Positions 61,589 to 64,000 of a DNA stretch of 64,000 nt are shown here, piece by piece. Source of the stretch: Chitinophagales bacterium (GTDB taxonomy: Bacteria; Bacteroidota; Bacteroidia; Chitinophagales; JADIYW01). The stretch is from contig JAIBAX010000001.1 of the NCBI GenBank assembly GCA_019694955.1, positions 109,852 to 173,851 on the forward strand. The letters run 5' to 3'. The notes beneath the pieces were generated by a model. That model saw nothing but the letters and a program-made list of their open reading frames with translations. It was not told where the DNA came from and did no database searches. The position numbers and the translations under genes are program-made. How positions within the stretch are numbered: the first letter of the stretch is position 1; every line of letters begins with the position of its first letter.

Positions 61589-64000
61589 CTATTTAGCAAT
61601 AGTAATCTTAGTAGTTTGACTACTTACACCGTTATTAAACCTAACGAAATAAAGACCATTGGTGAGATTTGATAAGTCTAAGGATTTCTCACTTTTTTCA
61701 GATGATGGTGAGTATTTCTCTGTAAATACTATTTTGCCGGATAAATCACTGATTTCTATTAGTATTTCTTCATCAACATTGGCATTAGATTTTATATTAA
61801 TTATACCATTGGAAGGATTCGGGAAAACAGTTAGTTGCAAAGTCTTTTCGGGATCTGACGTTGGCATGGATATTCTTTGATAGTTATGCCAAACACAGGC
61901 TGACTTAATACGATAGCAGAAATTAGGATAATTCCCTTTTGCCTTTACCTTATAACCTGATGTAGAGCCATTTGGTATAGAAACACTATAATGTAAACTA
62001 TTTATGCTTGAAGAAACTACATTCCCATCAGGATTGTATAATTCGAGGTTGACCGTACCCGCATAATCTTGTATAGTGATATCTATGTCAAGATAATCAT
62101 CACCGAATGTGCCATATAGTGAGTTATATAAAAAGAACCAATCTTCATCGTTTGTAGAACTAAAGTTTCCTTCTAAGGGAAATTCATCTGATAATAATTT
62201 GCTCTCTCCGATAGTATTGTTAGGTTCATTATTATCGTTACATACGTAGGGAGTATGGAATGCTCCGGTTGCCCATGGAATGCTACAGCCAGGGAAGACT
62301 CCTGCTACAAGGGTTGGCCTCACCCTATAATTATAATCTTTGTTTTCTTGAAGACCAGTAATGATAAATGAAGTAGCCGTTGTCGATCCCAATGTTATCC
62401 ATGTAGGGGAACTTGCAAGTTTATAATCTACATCATAAGTGCTTGTACTAGGTCTAGTATTCCAATTTAATTGTACACTTGTAGTGCTTAAATAGGTTAC
62501 TGGCTTTAATGTGACTCCAAAGCAGGCATTTGTACCTTGGAATGGGAAATAAGAATGTACGCTCAGGTGATAACATTGTGTAGTATCCCAATTCAATGGA
62601 TTGCCTCCCGCTTCACTTGATCTTGGGCTTACTCTTAGTTTAAAAGTGCCAACAATTCCAACAAAAGGACTACCTACTGTTATAATAATTCTATCATCCT
62701 CGATTCCTGAATTAACTGAACTATCTATTACTTCGCCGCCTTGTTTATACAAGTATAGATTATAATCTTTTGGTAAGTTTGTGAGTGTCATTACAATAGT
62801 AGGGAAAAGTAGTACATCATCTTCTTCTTTAATTTCGACTGCAAAAGTATAGTAATCTTCATCCTGTGGGTGTTCAATCATGGCTTTATGTGTGGTTACG
62901 GGGTTGCCAAACACAGGAGAATTTACAATAGGTACGGCTTGTGCCTGCGTTTCATTTGGTTCATAATTATATATACCACAATCTTCTAAGGTAAGCGTTT
63001 TGAAAGATTGCTCGCCACTGAATGGACTAGCCAAGGTCTGAACGCATTTTGATCGAACCTTGAACGTATAATTAGTTGAATGCCATAATCCGGTAATCAA
63101 GATAGAAGTATCTGTTGAAGATGCTACATCCCATCCCGTCTGACCAAATACTTTCTTATAGAAAACATCATAGCCTAATGTATTTGGAACCGGATTCCAA
63201 GAGATGGCTACCGTTGTAGTTGTTATATTTTGAATGACAATATTCTGTGGAATGGCACAATTGATGGGACCGTTCCAGAGTTCAACTTTTAACTTATAGC
63301 ATTCAAATGGACTAAAGCTTTGAGCATTTTTTGGACCTACTGCTACCATATAGTTTGTTGCGCCAGTACTTTGATATTCAATATATTCATTTTGTATTCC
63401 ATCCTTTTTAGAATAGGCAACAGGAAAGTCAGGAAATACTGCTCCCCATCCACCGGCAGAACCTTGTTTGAATAAATATATATCATAATCTTTTGGTAGA
63501 CTAGTGAGGTATATTTTGCAATGTGGATTCGCAACCGTAGTGCTAAAGGAATAAACATCTAAGTCACCAGCTTCCTCTATCATCGCTTGAATTTCAACTC
63601 CCGGTGTTAGGGCTTTAGCATTGGGAGGACCATTGTTCGGCTCATAAATGGTAAAAGCGCAACCGACTAAAGGTGTACTAAATGTAGCAATAGTGCTGTA
63701 TTGACTCTCACCAAAGTCACAATATGATTTTACCTGAAATTCATAATTTGTTTGTTCTGTTAATCCTGTAACAATTAGTTCTGTTGTAGGTGCAAACACT
63801 TGTTGCTCTGTCCATGTTGTAGTGCCTACTTTTCTATATCTTACATAATAAATGGTTGCGTCTACATCTCCTGCCCACATTAACTTAGCACTAATAGGAG
63901 TGATATTGTCTACCGTTAATCCGGATGGGGCATCACAAGTTGGCGGTGCCGGATATTTCACGATATTTAAGGTATAGCAATTTACGGTATCTTTTGCGGA
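61589..64000 (-). CDS. modular secreted protein with three FN3 plus pre-peptidase-C-terminal(PPC)-like units and T9SS C-terminal domain (5' end beyond window)
   Basis: The reading frame stays open to position 64000. Three FN3-like segments (e.g. LTVDNITPISAKLMWAG...YEFQVKS) alternate with PPC-like segments (EPNN...GDLDVYSF...LPKDYDIYLFKQG; LPKDYNLYLYKQG). C-terminal VFPNPSNGIINI...ISDLSGK...NGLYFVRF...ITIAK fits the T9SS domain. Confidence 0.8.
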   Translation of the reverse strand, partial: SAKDTVNCYTLNIVKYPAPPTCDAPSGLTVDNITPISAKLMWAGDVDATIYYVRYRKVGTTTWTEQQVFAPTTELIVTGLTEQTNYEFQVKSYCDFGESQYSTIATFSTPLVGCAFTIYEPNNGPPNAKALTPGVEIQAMIEEAGDLDVYSFSTTVANPHCKIYLTSLPKDYDIYLFKQGSAGGWGAVFPDFPVAYSKKDGIQNEYIEYQSTGATNYMVAVGPKNAQSFSPFECYKLKVELWNGPINCAIPQNIVIQNITTTTVAISWNPVPNTLGYDVFYKKVFGQTGWDVASSTDTSILITGLWHSTNYTFKVRSKCVQTLASPFSGEQSFKTLTLEDCGIYNYEPNETQAQAVPIVNSPVFGNPVTTHKAMIEHPQDEDYYTFAVEIKEEDDVLLFPTIVMTLTNLPKDYNLYLYKQGGEVIDSSVNSGIEDDRIIITVGSPFVGIVGTFKLRVSPRSSEAGGNPLNWDTTQCYHLSVHSYFPFQGTNACFGVTLKPVTYLSTTSVQLNWNTRPSTSTYDVDYKLASSPTWITLGSTTATSFIITGLQENKDYNYRVRPTLVAGVFPGCSIPWATGAFHTPYVCNDNNEPNNTIGESKLLSDEFPLEGNFSSTNDEDWFFLYNSLYGTFGDDYLDIDITIQDYAGTVNLELYNPDGNVVSSSINSLHYSVSIPNGSTSGYKVKAKGNYPNFCYRIKSACVWHNYQRISMPTSDPEKTLQLTVFPNPSNGIINIKSNANVDEEILIEISDLSGKIVFTEKYSPSSEKSEKSLDLSNLTNGLYFVRFNNGVSSQTTKITIAK

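Noticed and set aside
1-64000. Search for tRNA, rRNA, tmRNA, RNase P or riboswitch-like leaders in the longer intergenic regions (13891-14171, 15241-15465, 26130-26312, 27180-27414, 38341-38589, 48139-48310, 61376-61588)
   Set aside because: I recognised no cloverleaf-compatible sequence or conserved riboswitch core by eye. The spacers are explained by promoters, terminators and repeat elements. A covariance-model scan (Rfam/Infernal, tRNAscan) would be needed to be sure.

Overview
AT-rich chromosomal segment that looks like Bacteroidota. The evidence is six proteins with C-terminal T9SS type A sorting domains, a TonB-dependent receptor with a carboxypeptidase-regulatory-like N-terminus, and recurrent TAnnTTTG -7 promoter boxes. 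I call about 67 protein-coding genes, with one gene truncated at each window edge. I recognised no rRNA, tRNA, CRISPR array, transposase, integrase or phage gene.

Housekeeping content includes rpsO-pnp, rpoD, rpe, accD, class I fructose-bisphosphate aldolase, folE, ssb, gpx, fadB-like, polyamine genes (carboxynorspermidine dehydrogenase and decarboxylase) and rRNA methyltransferases.

Accessory content:
- A 10-gene co-directional sulfur/persulfide-handling cluster (2578-8095). It encodes a Crp/Fnr regulator, TauE, a CstB-like MBL plus two-rhodanese fusion, two single rhodaneses, thioredoxin, two small Cys-motif membrane proteins and a split YeeE/YedE pair. Two candidate cis-regulatory motifs are readable in the sequence.
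- A RES/Xre (DUF2384) toxin-antitoxin pair.
- A Fic-fold protein with a degenerate catalytic motif.
- Many secreted T9SS cargo proteins: two paralogous FG-GAP adhesin-like proteins, PhoD, a purple-acid-phosphatase-like enzyme, an esterase and an FN3/PPC modular protein.
- A family of mosaic intergenic repeats of unknown function. It includes a 213-nt cytosine-free tract and a 180-bp tandem repeat carrying a conserved 34-nt core.

I did not find a convincing new multi-gene defence or mobile system. The most promising leads are the regulatory logic of the sulfur cluster and the orientation-biased intergenic repeat family. All functional calls come from motif recognition by eye, with no database search.
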